Of a DNA stretch of 27,781 bases, positions 1-8,469 are shown piece by piece. Below the pieces are notes generated by a model. It ran no database searches and had not been told where the DNA came from. It was given only the letters and a program-made list of their open reading frames with translations. The DNA is from Thermoplasmata archaeon (GTDB taxonomy: Archaea > Thermoplasmatota > Thermoplasmata > UBA10834). A program made the position numbers and the translations under genes. The stretch is from NCBI GenBank assembly GCA_013329135.1, contig DUKU01000080.1, positions 446-28,226 of the forward strand, read 5' to 3'. Each line of letters opens with the position of its first letter. Position 1 is the stretch's first letter.

Positions 1-90
1 GGACGGTGCAACATGTCCAGATATGGTCAAGGCAACTCCTGTACGTACACAAGCGTTATTATTCTGTAAGCGATTTTTGGGCTGAACCAG

Positions 91-2016
91 ATGGCCGAGA
101 AGGACGCTAGCCCCAAAGCCGGAAAGAGTGCCGAGGCTGCATTCGTCGACAAACCCTATGCGATGCCAGATTGGCTGCAGAGGTACAAAGAGAAGATCAA
201 GACGCCTTCTCAGGCGGTCTCGACCATCAGGCGAGGGGACAAGGTGTTCATCGGCTCGGGCGCAGCCGAGCCCCAGACGCTCGTCAAGTCCCTGATAGAA
301 TCCGCTGGCAGGCTCGCCGACACGAGGATCATGCACATCATGACCCTGGGTGTGGCGCCGTACACAGAAGAGAAGTTCACCGACCAGTTCAGACACAACG
401 CCTTCTTCATAGGCGCGAACACAAGGAAGGCCGTCGCAGAAGGCAGGGCAGATTACACGCCTGTCTTCCTCTCCGAGATACCGGCTCTGTTCAGAACGGG
501 CCAGGCACCGATTGACGTCGCGCTCATTCAGGTCTCGTTGCCGGACAGACATGGGTTCTGCAGCTATGGTGTATCGACGGACGTGGTCAAGTCGGCGTCA
601 GAGTCCGCTGTCAAGGTGATCGCGGAGATAAACCCGCAGATGCCAAGGGCCCTGGGGGACTGCTTCATCAACATGGACGACATCGATATCGCGGTCCCTG
701 TCAACGAGCCGCTCCTGTGCGCGAAGAGGGACCGTGCGGATGATGTCGCGAGGAGGATCGGCAAGAACATCGCGGACCTCATCGAGGACGGCTCGACGAT
801 GCAGATGGGCATAGGCACGATACCGGACTCCGTCCTTTACAACCTCACGGACAAGAAGGACCTGGGAGTCCACACCGAGATGTTCTCAGACGGGTTGATG
901 GAGCTCGCCCAGAAGGGTATCATCAACAACTCGAAGAAGAGCATACACCAGGGCAAGACGGTCGCCTCGTTCTGCATGGGAAGCAAGGAGTTGTATGAGT
1001 TCGTCGATGACAACCCCGCGATAGAGTTCCATCCGACTGAGTACACCAACGACCCATTCATAGTGGCACAGAACGACAAGATGGTCGCCATCAACTCGGC
1101 CATCGAGGTGGACCTGACGGGACAGGTGTGCGCAGACTCCCTGGGGTCCATGTTCTACTCTGGCATAGGCGGGCAGGTGGATTTCGTCAGGGGTTCGGCG
1201 AGGTCGAAGGGTGGCAAACCCATCATCGCGATGCCCGCGACTGCCAAGGATGACGCCATATCCCGGATATCGGTCAGGTTGCAGGAAGGGGCTGGCGTGG
1301 TCACGACCAGGGGCGATGTGCACTACGTCGTGACGGAGTATGGCGCGGCCTACCTGCACGGCAAGAACATACGCGAGAGGGCCATGGCCCTCATCAACAT
1401 AGCTCATCCCAAGTTCCGGGCGGAGCTCCTCAAGGGTGCCAAGAAGCTCAACTACGTGTATGCCGACCAGAAGCCTACTCCAGAGACCACGGTGTATCCA
1501 GAGGAGTTCGAAACCACGATGGTGGAGAAGGACGGGACGAAGCTCCTGGTCAGGCCGATCGAGCCGACGGACGAGGAGATGCTCAGTGACATGTTCTACG
1601 ACCTGAGCGACCAGACGATCATCAACCGGTTCTTCAGCATGCTCAAGTCGATGCCGCACAGGAGGCTCCAGGAGTTCTGTGTCATCGATTACGAGGACGA
1701 GATGTCGCTCGTGGTCCTGCACGGGAAGCGCCCGAAGCAGAAGATGGTCGGTGTCGGGAGCTACCACATGAACCCGTCGACGAAGAGGGCCGAGATCGCG
1801 TTCCTCGTGGCTGACGACTGGCAGGGCCGTGGGATAGGCACCTACCTGATGAAGGAGCTGGTCAAGATCGCGAGGGCGAAGCGCATACGCGGCCTGACGG
1901 CCGAGGTGCTCAGGGACAACGTCGCCATGATAGCGCTCATGCACAAGGCCGGCGTGACCCCTCGGTCATCTATCGTGAACGGCAGCTACCTGTTCACGAT
2001 GGACCTCCAGGATTGA
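91..2016 (+). CDS. Acetyl-CoA hydrolase/CoA-transferase (4-hydroxybutyrate CoA-transferase-like) fused to a C-terminal GNAT acetyltransferase
   Basis: Family I CoA-transferase motifs (LGVHTEMFSDG with catalytic Glu, SGIGGQVDF, GAGVVTTRGDVHYVVTEYG). C-terminal GNAT motif A (EIAFLVADDWQGRGIGTYLM). Confidence 0.9.
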   Translation: MAEKDASPKAGKSAEAAFVDKPYAMPDWLQRYKEKIKTPSQAVSTIRRGDKVFIGSGAAEPQTLVKSLIESAGRLADTRIMHIMTLGVAPYTEEKFTDQFRHNAFFIGANTRKAVAEGRADYTPVFLSEIPALFRTGQAPIDVALIQVSLPDRHGFCSYGVSTDVVKSASESAVKVIAEINPQMPRALGDCFINMDDIDIAVPVNEPLLCAKRDRADDVARRIGKNIADLIEDGSTMQMGIGTIPDSVLYNLTDKKDLGVHTEMFSDGLMELAQKGIINNSKKSIHQGKTVASFCMGSKELYEFVDDNPAIEFHPTEYTNDPFIVAQNDKMVAINSAIEVDLTGQVCADSLGSMFYSGIGGQVDFVRGSARSKGGKPIIAMPATAKDDAISRISVRLQEGAGVVTTRGDVHYVVTEYGAAYLHGKNIRERAMALINIAHPKFRAELLKGAKKLNYVYADQKPTPETTVYPEEFETTMVEKDGTKLLVRPIEPTDEEMLSDMFYDLSDQTIINRFFSMLKSMPHRRLQEFCVIDYEDEMSLVVLHGKRPKQKMVGVGSYHMNPSTKRAEIAFLVADDWQGRGIGTYLMKELVKIARAKRIRGLTAEVLRDNVAMIALMHKAGVTPRSSIVNGSYLFTMDLQD

Positions 2017-2054
2017 TTATCTAGCCGGAGCAGGATTACATCCCGGGTCTGCAG

Positions 2055-2900
2055 ATGAAGCTCCTTGGCGGCCATGTATCGGTCACGGGCGGCGTCAGGA
2101 ACGCGCCCGAGCGCGCGCGTGCTGTGACATGCGACTGCATGCAGATATTCTCGAAGAACCAGATGCAGTGGGCGTCCAAGCCGCTGGACCTCGAGGACGC
2201 GGAACAGTACAAGGCGAACATGGGAGCGCACGATATCAGCGAGACCGTGATCCACGACTCATACCTGATAAACCTGGGCAGCCCGGACAACGCGTTGCTC
2301 AAGCGGTCCCGGGAGGCCTTCCTTGACGAGGTCGTGCGGGCCAAGCACCTCGGCGTCAGGAACCTGATATTCCACCCGGGCGCGCATATGGGGGCCGGGG
2401 AACAGGCCGGATTGAAGCGGGTCGCGGATTCGCTCAACTGGGTCAGGAAGGAGTTCGGCTCCGGGGATGTCCGTTTCGTCCTCGAGAACACCGCGGGCCA
2501 GGGCACGGTGCTTGGCCACTCCTTCGAGCAGCTCGCGAAGGTGATCGGCATGCTTGATGACCAGAAGAACGTGGGGATATGCTTCGACACGTGCCACGGT
2601 TACGTTGCGGGCTATGATGTCCGGTCGAGCGACGGTTACGAGAAGACCTTCGATTTGCTAGACGAAGTCCTGGGTATCGAGATGGTCAGGGCCATGCATA
2701 TCAACGATTCCAAGGGGAAGCAGGGGTCGCATCTGGACCGGCATGAGCAGATCGGGAAGGGCTTCCTCGGGCTCGAGTGCTTCGGACATTTCATGAACGA
2801 CGACCGTTGGGACGACATCCCGATGGTCCTCGAGACCCCTGAGGGTGAGAAGGGGTACAAGCAGGAGCTGAAGGCGCTCAGGTCGCTTGTCGTCAAGTGA
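2055..2900 (+). CDS. nfo: Endonuclease IV (AP endonuclease 2 family)
   Basis: LLGGHVS, IHDSYLINLGS, FHPG, LENTAGQG, ICFDTCH, HINDSK and DRHEQIG Zn-ligand motifs. Confidence 0.95.
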   Translation: MKLLGGHVSVTGGVRNAPERARAVTCDCMQIFSKNQMQWASKPLDLEDAEQYKANMGAHDISETVIHDSYLINLGSPDNALLKRSREAFLDEVVRAKHLGVRNLIFHPGAHMGAGEQAGLKRVADSLNWVRKEFGSGDVRFVLENTAGQGTVLGHSFEQLAKVIGMLDDQKNVGICFDTCHGYVAGYDVRSSDGYEKTFDLLDEVLGIEMVRAMHINDSKGKQGSHLDRHEQIGKGFLGLECFGHFMNDDRWDDIPMVLETPEGEKGYKQELKALRSLVVK

Positions 2901-4809
2901 GGCCTTTCAGTTCAAGGCCGACCTTCTCCACGACGTCCACGTCACCCGGAGGCATGACGCTCTGCACCTCCTCGATGGGGACCTGCAGCTCATCGGCCAG
3001 GAGCTTCGCGAACGAATCCTTGTCCTTGCCTCCGGGCCTCAGGACCACGAACTTCTTGGACCGGGCCTTGACCGCTGACTCGGGCCCGCACATGACCTTG
3101 CGCGCCCCCTCGTGCTCAACCTCTCCGACGGCCAGCTTGATGCTCAGCTTGTCAGAGTAGTTCCTCTTGCCCCTGATGACGAACGCGCCCTTTGCCAGGA
3201 ATTCCCCGCTCTGGGGCGTCTTGCTCACCTGTTCCGGGAGCACCCAGTACCCGCTCGCGGAGCCTATCTTGGCGTTCCAGGCCTTCGATGTGGCGACCGC
3301 GAACTCGCAAGCCTCGTGAAGTGTTATGTCGGTCACTCCCTCGCGCATCTTGACGACCACGCTCGGCGCGCCGTGCATGTCCGCGTGCGCATACCTGTCC
3401 CCTGCGTCGAGATGCTTCTTCACTAGGGTGTCGTTGCTCTTTGCGTCCTTGCCGCCGACCACGACGACTCCCTCGCTGGAGATGAACCATCTGTACCGCT
3501 CGAACCAGAATCTCTTGGACGGCTTGAGGACCTTCCTCTCCCGCTTCTCGGCCTCCTTGCGCGCCATGCCGTCGACGTCGTCCCGGGTCTCATGGATGAC
3601 CTTCAGCACTCCCTCGAGTTTCCTCCTGGCCTTCTTCGACTCCTCGTAGTACCTCTGGGCGTTCGACTCAACAGTGCCCTTGACATCGAGGATGATGGTC
3701 GAACCTTCAGCGCGGATGGTCAGGAGAGCCCTCCTAGGATCGTATCCGACGAACCCGGGTGTGTCCTCCAGGCTCACGTGCCCTTCCACCTTCTTGCGCG
3801 CGTCCGTGATGGTCTTGTCCGTCTCGGAATACCTGGCGAATAGCGCGTCCCCGGTCGCCTGCGCCTCCCTGGCCTCGTCCTGCAGCTTGATGACCGCGGC
3901 CTCCTGCTGCGTGATCCGCCTCTTGAGCTTGTCGAACTCCTTCGTATCTTCCTTGGGCTTATCCTTCTTGGTCGCTGGTTTGCGGGATATGTACTCCTCG
4001 AGCGCCTCTGAGAATGAGCCGAACTCCTGCGTGTCGAGGCCTTGGTATGCATTCATCCTGATCGGGACCACGTCCTCGGGCGCTCCGCCCCTGCTCACGA
4101 GATACCCCTTGCCAGATGCCGCTGCCTCCGCCATCAATTCTCTGATCGCCTCCAGGAGAGCCTCTGCCTGGGCCTCTCCTACCTCAGCGGCTTTGATGGC
4201 CGGCGCGATCCCTGTCCTCGCGCACAGCTCCTCGCTGTACCTCCCGCCCAGGTTGAGCTTCGTGGCGACCGTCCGCACGAGGTCCGCGTCCGAGGACCGG
4301 AGTATCTCGAGGAGTGCCGGCGCATCGATGACACTGGGGTCAGGCACCGGTGGTGGGAATGAGAACTCTCTCTTCGCCTTGACGTCCCTGTGCTTCCATG
4401 TGTGACTCGTCAGGGGCTGCACGATTGCGCCGTCCTTGACCAGTATGACGTTCCCGTCCCCGAAGAGTTCCAGGACGAGCTCGAAGGTCTCCTCCTTCTC
4501 GAGCGTGAGGACGACTATCCTGTCGAACCCCTGCTGCCTCACGCCCGCTATGCGGGCGTTCGTGACCCTCTTCCTGAGCATCATCGCGAAATCTGAGGGC
4601 TGCTGGGGCATGTCACGTGACTTCTTCGATGTGAAGAGCCACTTGCCGACATGGAAGTGCAGGAACTCCTTGCCCTCCCCCGCCCCTCTGATGGACAGGA
4701 TGAGGTGGTTCCAATGGGGATGGTACACCTTGTCGAGGTGCCAGCCTACCCGCGGCTGGAGCTCCGCGACCACGGCCATCACATCGAAGCTGCTCAACGC
4801 CTCCTTCAT
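2893..4809 (-). CDS. rqc2: Archaeal Rqc2/NEMF (NFACT family) ribosome quality-control protein
   Basis: N-terminal SSFDV..VVAEL, QQGFDRIV, LELFGDGNVIL (NFACT-N), coiled coil, WFERYRWFISSEG, GGKDAKSND, HADMHGAPS, and SKTPQSGEFLAKGAFVIRGKRNY (NFACT-R/C). Confidence 0.92.
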   Translation of the reverse strand: MKEALSSFDVMAVVAELQPRVGWHLDKVYHPHWNHLILSIRGAGEGKEFLHFHVGKWLFTSKKSRDMPQQPSDFAMMLRKRVTNARIAGVRQQGFDRIVVLTLEKEETFELVLELFGDGNVILVKDGAIVQPLTSHTWKHRDVKAKREFSFPPPVPDPSVIDAPALLEILRSSDADLVRTVATKLNLGGRYSEELCARTGIAPAIKAAEVGEAQAEALLEAIRELMAEAAASGKGYLVSRGGAPEDVVPIRMNAYQGLDTQEFGSFSEALEEYISRKPATKKDKPKEDTKEFDKLKRRITQQEAAVIKLQDEAREAQATGDALFARYSETDKTITDARKKVEGHVSLEDTPGFVGYDPRRALLTIRAEGSTIILDVKGTVESNAQRYYEESKKARRKLEGVLKVIHETRDDVDGMARKEAEKRERKVLKPSKRFWFERYRWFISSEGVVVVGGKDAKSNDTLVKKHLDAGDRYAHADMHGAPSVVVKMREGVTDITLHEACEFAVATSKAWNAKIGSASGYWVLPEQVSKTPQSGEFLAKGAFVIRGKRNYSDKLSIKLAVGEVEHEGARKVMCGPESAVKARSKKFVVLRPGGKDKDSFAKLLADELQVPIEEVQSVMPPGDVDVVEKVGLELKGLT

Positions 4810-4896
4810 GATGTCCGACTGATGTCCAGGTACGGTAATAAATGATGCGACGCCCCCTGACCTGGGACTGCTGGCGCGTCGAACCCCTCAACAACC

Positions 4897-4904
4897 TTTT
4901 AATA
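4897..4904 (+). promoter_or_regulatory. TATA box of tRNA-Thr
   Basis: TTTTAATA about 35 nt upstream of tRNA G1, preceded by an A-rich BRE-like ACAACC. Confidence 0.6.
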
Positions 4905-4938
4905 CGCAAGGCAAGATGACTTCCGGCCTAGTCAGAGC

Positions 4939-5013
4939 GCCACTGTGGCTTAGAGGTATAGCGACGCCTTGGTAAGGCGTAGGTCGAGGGTTCGATTCCC
5001 TCCAGTGGCTCCA
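4939..5013 (+). tRNA. tRNA-Thr(GGT), CCA encoded
   Basis: Acceptor GCCACTG/CAGTGGC, anticodon arm ACGCC-TTGGTAA-GGCGT, T arm GAGGG-TTCGATT-CCCTC, discriminator T followed by CCA. Confidence 0.97.
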
Positions 5014-5112
5014 TCCTTCTCGACGCGGGATGAAAGGCGGTTGGGATTTGGGAAGGGGTTTTGCCAGACGCCTGTTCCCGGGGCCATCTTCTCGGGGGCC
5101 CCGCGGCCTCGT

Positions 5113-7425
5113 CTATTCGTCCGGGGGCGGGACCGGCTCTCCGGGGTTGCCATCGCCCTTCTTGCGGTTCAGCATCAGCCACACGACGGCGAGCAGGACG
5201 ATCGCGACCACGAACAGCCCTATGGACATGTACATCAACATGTCCGCGAAGGAATCGGTGTCGTCGACCCGCGCGTTCACATCGTCCAAGTCCTGCTGTG
5301 CCTCCTCTTCCAGGGCGTCTATCATGTCCTGGAGATCCTCGATCTCCTGCAGGAGCGACTCGTTCATGCCGTCCAGCCGTTCCAGCAGGTCCTGCAGTTC
5401 CCCGGGCGTCACGTACGCGGGCGGTTCGTAGGTCACGGTGATGCTCTCGCTCGCGGAGTTGCACAGTCCGTCCTCGGCGACGACCGTGACCGTGTTCTCC
5501 CCTCCGGAGAGGGCTATGACCGCGCTGAACCCGCCTGCGCCGTCCTCCGCAGACACGCCGTTGACCCAGACCTCTGCCGACGGGTCATCGACAGTGCCTG
5601 AGACCGTCAGTGCCGCATCGTCGACCGTCGCCCCGTCCAGAGGCGAGGTGACCGCTATGGCTGGGGCGGTCGTGTCCAGGACGACCGCGAACTCGGTGTA
5701 CGCCTGGTTGCCCACGCCATCCGTAGCCTCCACGACGATGACGTTGTCCCCCTCGGCGAGCGCCACGGTGTCTGAGAACGACCCGTCCGGCATCACGGCC
5801 ACAGAGATCCCGTTGACCGTCAGCTCAGCGTCGGCGTCCGTCCAACCCGCCACCTCGGCGGAGTCTGTCGCCGTCGGGGAGTCGACGTCCTGGACCCAGA
5901 GCCCGCAGTGCGTGTCCGATTCGATCATCTTGACCACTGAGTCGCTGACGCCCGCGTCGTTGACGGATTCGATGGTCACGATGTTCAGCCCTTCCTGCAG
6001 CGCGACGGTGTTCTGCTCAAAGTACCCGTCCACATCTGCGGCGATGTCGTACGAGTCAGACTCGGTCGTGATCGACACGTCCGAGTACGGGTCGGTGTAG
6101 CCCCTCACGATGACCTCGGTCAGGGCCAAGGTCGTGCTGTCGGGTATCGCGACCTCCGTCTCAGGATCCGCGAACTCGGCCCAGAACTCCTCTATGACGG
6201 AGTTGACGGAGAACTCCGCGTACTCGTGGACCCAGTTTCCGGCTATGTCGTGGGCCCATATCTCGAGGTAGTGGTCTCCCTGCGTCAACGGGTATATCCA
6301 CTCTATCGTGACGTTGGCGTCATCGACTGAGGCGTATGGCTGAATGTCCCAAATGCCGTCCAGGACCACGTAGAAGTCCGACGAGTCCCACCCGGAGTAG
6401 AATTCCGTGTGGTCGTTCACATAGAACGACACTTCCAGGTCCGTGGAGGGTATCACCGAGCCGCCCACGGGGTACAGGTCATCTATCGAGGGCTCCCCGA
6501 CGTCGAACACCCTTATCTCGAACGGTATGCTGATGGAGTCGTTAGAGCCCATGAACCCTAGGGTGGCCCATCCCACGAACACGCCGACCCTCTCGGGCAC
6601 GCTGTACGATATGTTGAAGTCATGAACCCCTGTGCCGACAGGCGTCTCCAGGTCCGTGACCTCTATGTACCCTGGCACCCCGGCGAGCACCGACAGGGAG
6701 AAGTACCCAGGCCACCCCGTCACATCGTTCCCCAGCACCTTGACCAGGTATTGTCCGTCGTCTGGCGCTGCCAGCTCGATGGATTCGTAGGACCCTGAGG
6801 CCCCCACGTACCAGTACGGCTCCGTCAGGTCGGCGATGTTGTCCATGTCCTCGTCGTGCCAGAGCCCGAGGTCGATGTCGGGGCATCCCCAATCCTCCTC
6901 CACGGTGACGATCAGGGCGTGGCTGTCCTCGACCCAGACTGGCATGGTGAACACCGCGTCCGCGAGATCCGACACGAAGTCGCCCGTCAAGACGTCCGGA
7001 TAGATCTCCATGTCGCGGTAGTCGAACAGCTCGTAGGGGCCGTCCCCTCCTCCCATGACCTCCACGGTGTCGGTGACGGTGATGTCATACCATCCTCCCT
7101 CGACGACCCCGGTGAGTGGCACGTCCCCGGGCTGCGGGGCGAACAGCCACACGTCGGCCGGAGAGTATCCGCCCAGCCCTATCAAGGCCGTGTACCCGTA
7201 CAGGGTGTCCTGGGCGGTGTGGCCGGCCATCACTGGACAGGAATCCATCTTCTCGAACGGGTCCGTGACAGCGAATCCGCCAATCGATTCATAGTCTGCA
7301 GTCCCGTCGTCCGCCGCCACGGTCTCGGCCTGTGCTGGTGCCGATACCATTACGACGAACGAAGCCATCACCATCAGAGCCATCAGCAGGAAGCTCAGGC
7401 TCGGACGTCTACACTCACTGATCAC
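5113..7425 (-). CDS. Membrane-anchored acidic surface protein: signal peptide, PPC-like module shared with the neighbouring subtilase, ~3 Ig-like (glucodextranase-B-like) repeats, coiled coil, C-terminal TM helix
   Basis: GTG start with AGGAGG SD. Hydrophobic signal ending APAQA. Repeats of type V.G.T/VD...V.VNG......G.F...V.L.EG.N.I.V.A.D..GN. Acidic heptad stretch, TM segment MLMYMSIGLFVVAIVLLAVVWLML, then RKK. Confidence 0.85.
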   Translation of the reverse strand: MISECRRPSLSFLLMALMVMASFVVMVSAPAQAETVAADDGTADYESIGGFAVTDPFEKMDSCPVMAGHTAQDTLYGYTALIGLGGYSPADVWLFAPQPGDVPLTGVVEGGWYDITVTDTVEVMGGGDGPYELFDYRDMEIYPDVLTGDFVSDLADAVFTMPVWVEDSHALIVTVEEDWGCPDIDLGLWHDEDMDNIADLTEPYWYVGASGSYESIELAAPDDGQYLVKVLGNDVTGWPGYFSLSVLAGVPGYIEVTDLETPVGTGVHDFNISYSVPERVGVFVGWATLGFMGSNDSISIPFEIRVFDVGEPSIDDLYPVGGSVIPSTDLEVSFYVNDHTEFYSGWDSSDFYVVLDGIWDIQPYASVDDANVTIEWIYPLTQGDHYLEIWAHDIAGNWVHEYAEFSVNSVIEEFWAEFADPETEVAIPDSTTLALTEVIVRGYTDPYSDVSITTESDSYDIAADVDGYFEQNTVALQEGLNIVTIESVNDAGVSDSVVKMIESDTHCGLWVQDVDSPTATDSAEVAGWTDADAELTVNGISVAVMPDGSFSDTVALAEGDNVIVVEATDGVGNQAYTEFAVVLDTTAPAIAVTSPLDGATVDDAALTVSGTVDDPSAEVWVNGVSAEDGAGGFSAVIALSGGENTVTVVAEDGLCNSASESITVTYEPPAYVTPGELQDLLERLDGMNESLLQEIEDLQDMIDALEEEAQQDLDDVNARVDDTDSFADMLMYMSIGLFVVAIVLLAVVWLMLNRKKGDGNPGEPVPPPDE

Positions 7426-7507
7426 AACATCATCCTCCTAGATCCTCCCTCGGAAAGTGACTTGGGGGAAGCTCTCTCCTGAAGCATGGTGTAACCGAGA
7501 TGTAGCG

Positions 7508-7519
7508 TATTTAACCATT
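7508..7519 (-). promoter_or_regulatory. BRE/TATA of the surface-protein gene
   Basis: The minus strand reads GAAATGGTTAAATA. The 12-mer AATGGTTAAATA also occurs upstream of DUF134 (25068-25079). Confidence 0.6.
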
Positions 7520-7545
7520 TCACAAGCTGAAACAGGTATCTTGAA

Positions 7546-7821
7546 TCACGCTTCTGGACGAGCTAGCTGAACTGGGGCGTTTCTCAACCTGATGGCTTCG
7601 GCCTTTGTGACGAATTCCATAGTGCCAATCTGCCCTTTCAGGTAGTCTTGCATAAGCGCCAGAGCCTCTGAAGGCAACTCCTCAGTCAGCTCCACAGACG
7701 CATTCCCAAGCGCCCCCAAAGGCCCGTAGGAGAGCATCTGGGCCTGCTCTGCGAAGATGTCTTCGAGCACGGGGTTGTCGTACCAGTCCCTCATGTTACC
7801 TCCCTGCGTCGGGTCGGCGAA
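7546..7821 (-). pseudogene. Probable C-terminal fragment of an ABC-transporter solute-binding protein, fused in frame to the rqc2 remnant
   Basis: WYDNPVLEDIFAEQAQMLSYGP...LALMQDYLKGQIGTMEFVTKAEAIR resembles the terminal helices of sugar-binding SBPs. Many A/T-ending codons, unlike the flanking genes. No N-terminus present. Confidence 0.45.
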
Positions 7822-8290
7822 CCCGGTCCTCGCGCACAGCTCCTCGCTGTACTTGCCGCCGATGTTGAGCTTGGTCGCGAGTGTGCGGACGAGGTCGGAG
7901 TCGGATGCCCACAGTATGGCGGACAGCGCGCTGCCGTCCATCGTGGCCGGGTCCGGTACGGGCGGGGGGAATGCGAAATCCCTCTTCGCCTTCACATCCC
8001 TGTGCTTCCAGATGTGGCTCGTGAGCGGCTGCACTATGGTGCCATCCTTCACGAGTATGACAATGCCGTCCGCGAAGAGTTCGAGGACGAGGTCGTGGGT
8101 CTCCGCCCTTCTCGAGCGTGAGCACGACTATCCTGTCGAAGCCCTGCTGCCTCACGCCCGCCAATCGGGCGTTCGTGACCCTCTTCCTGAGCATCATGGC
8201 GAAGTCGGAGGGCTGCTGTGGCATTTCCTGCCCCCTCTTCAAGACGTAGAGCCACCTGCCCACATGGAAATGGAGGAACTCCTTGCCCTC
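7822..8290 (-). pseudogene. rqc2: rqc2 pseudogene fragment (about codons 45-200)
   Basis: About 125/156 identical residues to the intact Rqc2 by hand alignment. One extra base near 8105-8108 (CTCCGCCCTTCTC vs CTCCTCCTTCTC). Start, promoter and C-terminal two-thirds are missing. Confidence 0.93.
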
Positions 8291-8327
8291 TCTACGCAAG
8301 GCAAGATGACTTGCGACCTAGCAGTAT

Positions 8328-8399
8328 GCCACTGTGGCTTAGAGGTATAGCGACGCCTTGGTAAGGCGTAGGTCGAGGGCTCGATTCCCTCCAGTGGCT
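8328..8399 (+). tRNA. Second tRNA-Thr(GGT), probably a pseudo-tRNA
   Basis: Identical to copy 1 over 72 nt except T-loop TTCGATT>CTCGATT (T54C). Followed by CAT, not CCA. The upstream TATA is deleted. Confidence 0.85.
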
Positions 8400-8469
8400 C
8401 ATCTATCCTTCAAGGCGTTAGAAAAGGCAGTTGGGGTTTGAGGAAGGGGTTTTCGATCGCGTCCAGGGC

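Larger units (their letters stand above)
4210..5062. repeat. Copy 1 of a duplicated rqc2(5' part)/tRNA-Thr/downstream-tract block
   Basis: Aligns colinearly with 7822-8453, apart from a ~225-bp deletion in copy 2. The upstream TACGCAAGGCAAGATGACTT and the downstream GAAAGGCGGTTGGGATTTGGGAAGGGGTTTT tracts are shared. Confidence 0.92.
7822..8453. repeat. Copy 2 of the duplicated rqc2/tRNA-Thr block
   Basis: Colinear with 4210-5062. Confidence 0.92.

Noticed and set aside
4928-5601. ORFs 4969..5601, 4950..5153 and 4928..5464
   Set aside because: They overlap the tRNA and the antisense of a real gene, have no motifs, and are typical shadow ORFs.
5430-6130. Possible DNA repeat array or CRISPR in the surface-protein gene
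   Set aside because: The periodicity is protein-level Ig-domain repetition with diverged DNA. No constant repeat-spacer pattern occurs anywhere in the window.
7796-8299. Tracked 167-aa ORF as a real short Rqc2
   Set aside because: Its start is created by the deletion junction, it has no promoter, and it runs out of frame after LEK.
4939-8399. Integrated virus or plasmid bounded by attL/attR at tRNA-Thr
   Set aside because: The repeat covers the whole tRNA, both flanks and part of rqc2, not just a tRNA half. No integrase, replication or virion genes lie between the copies.
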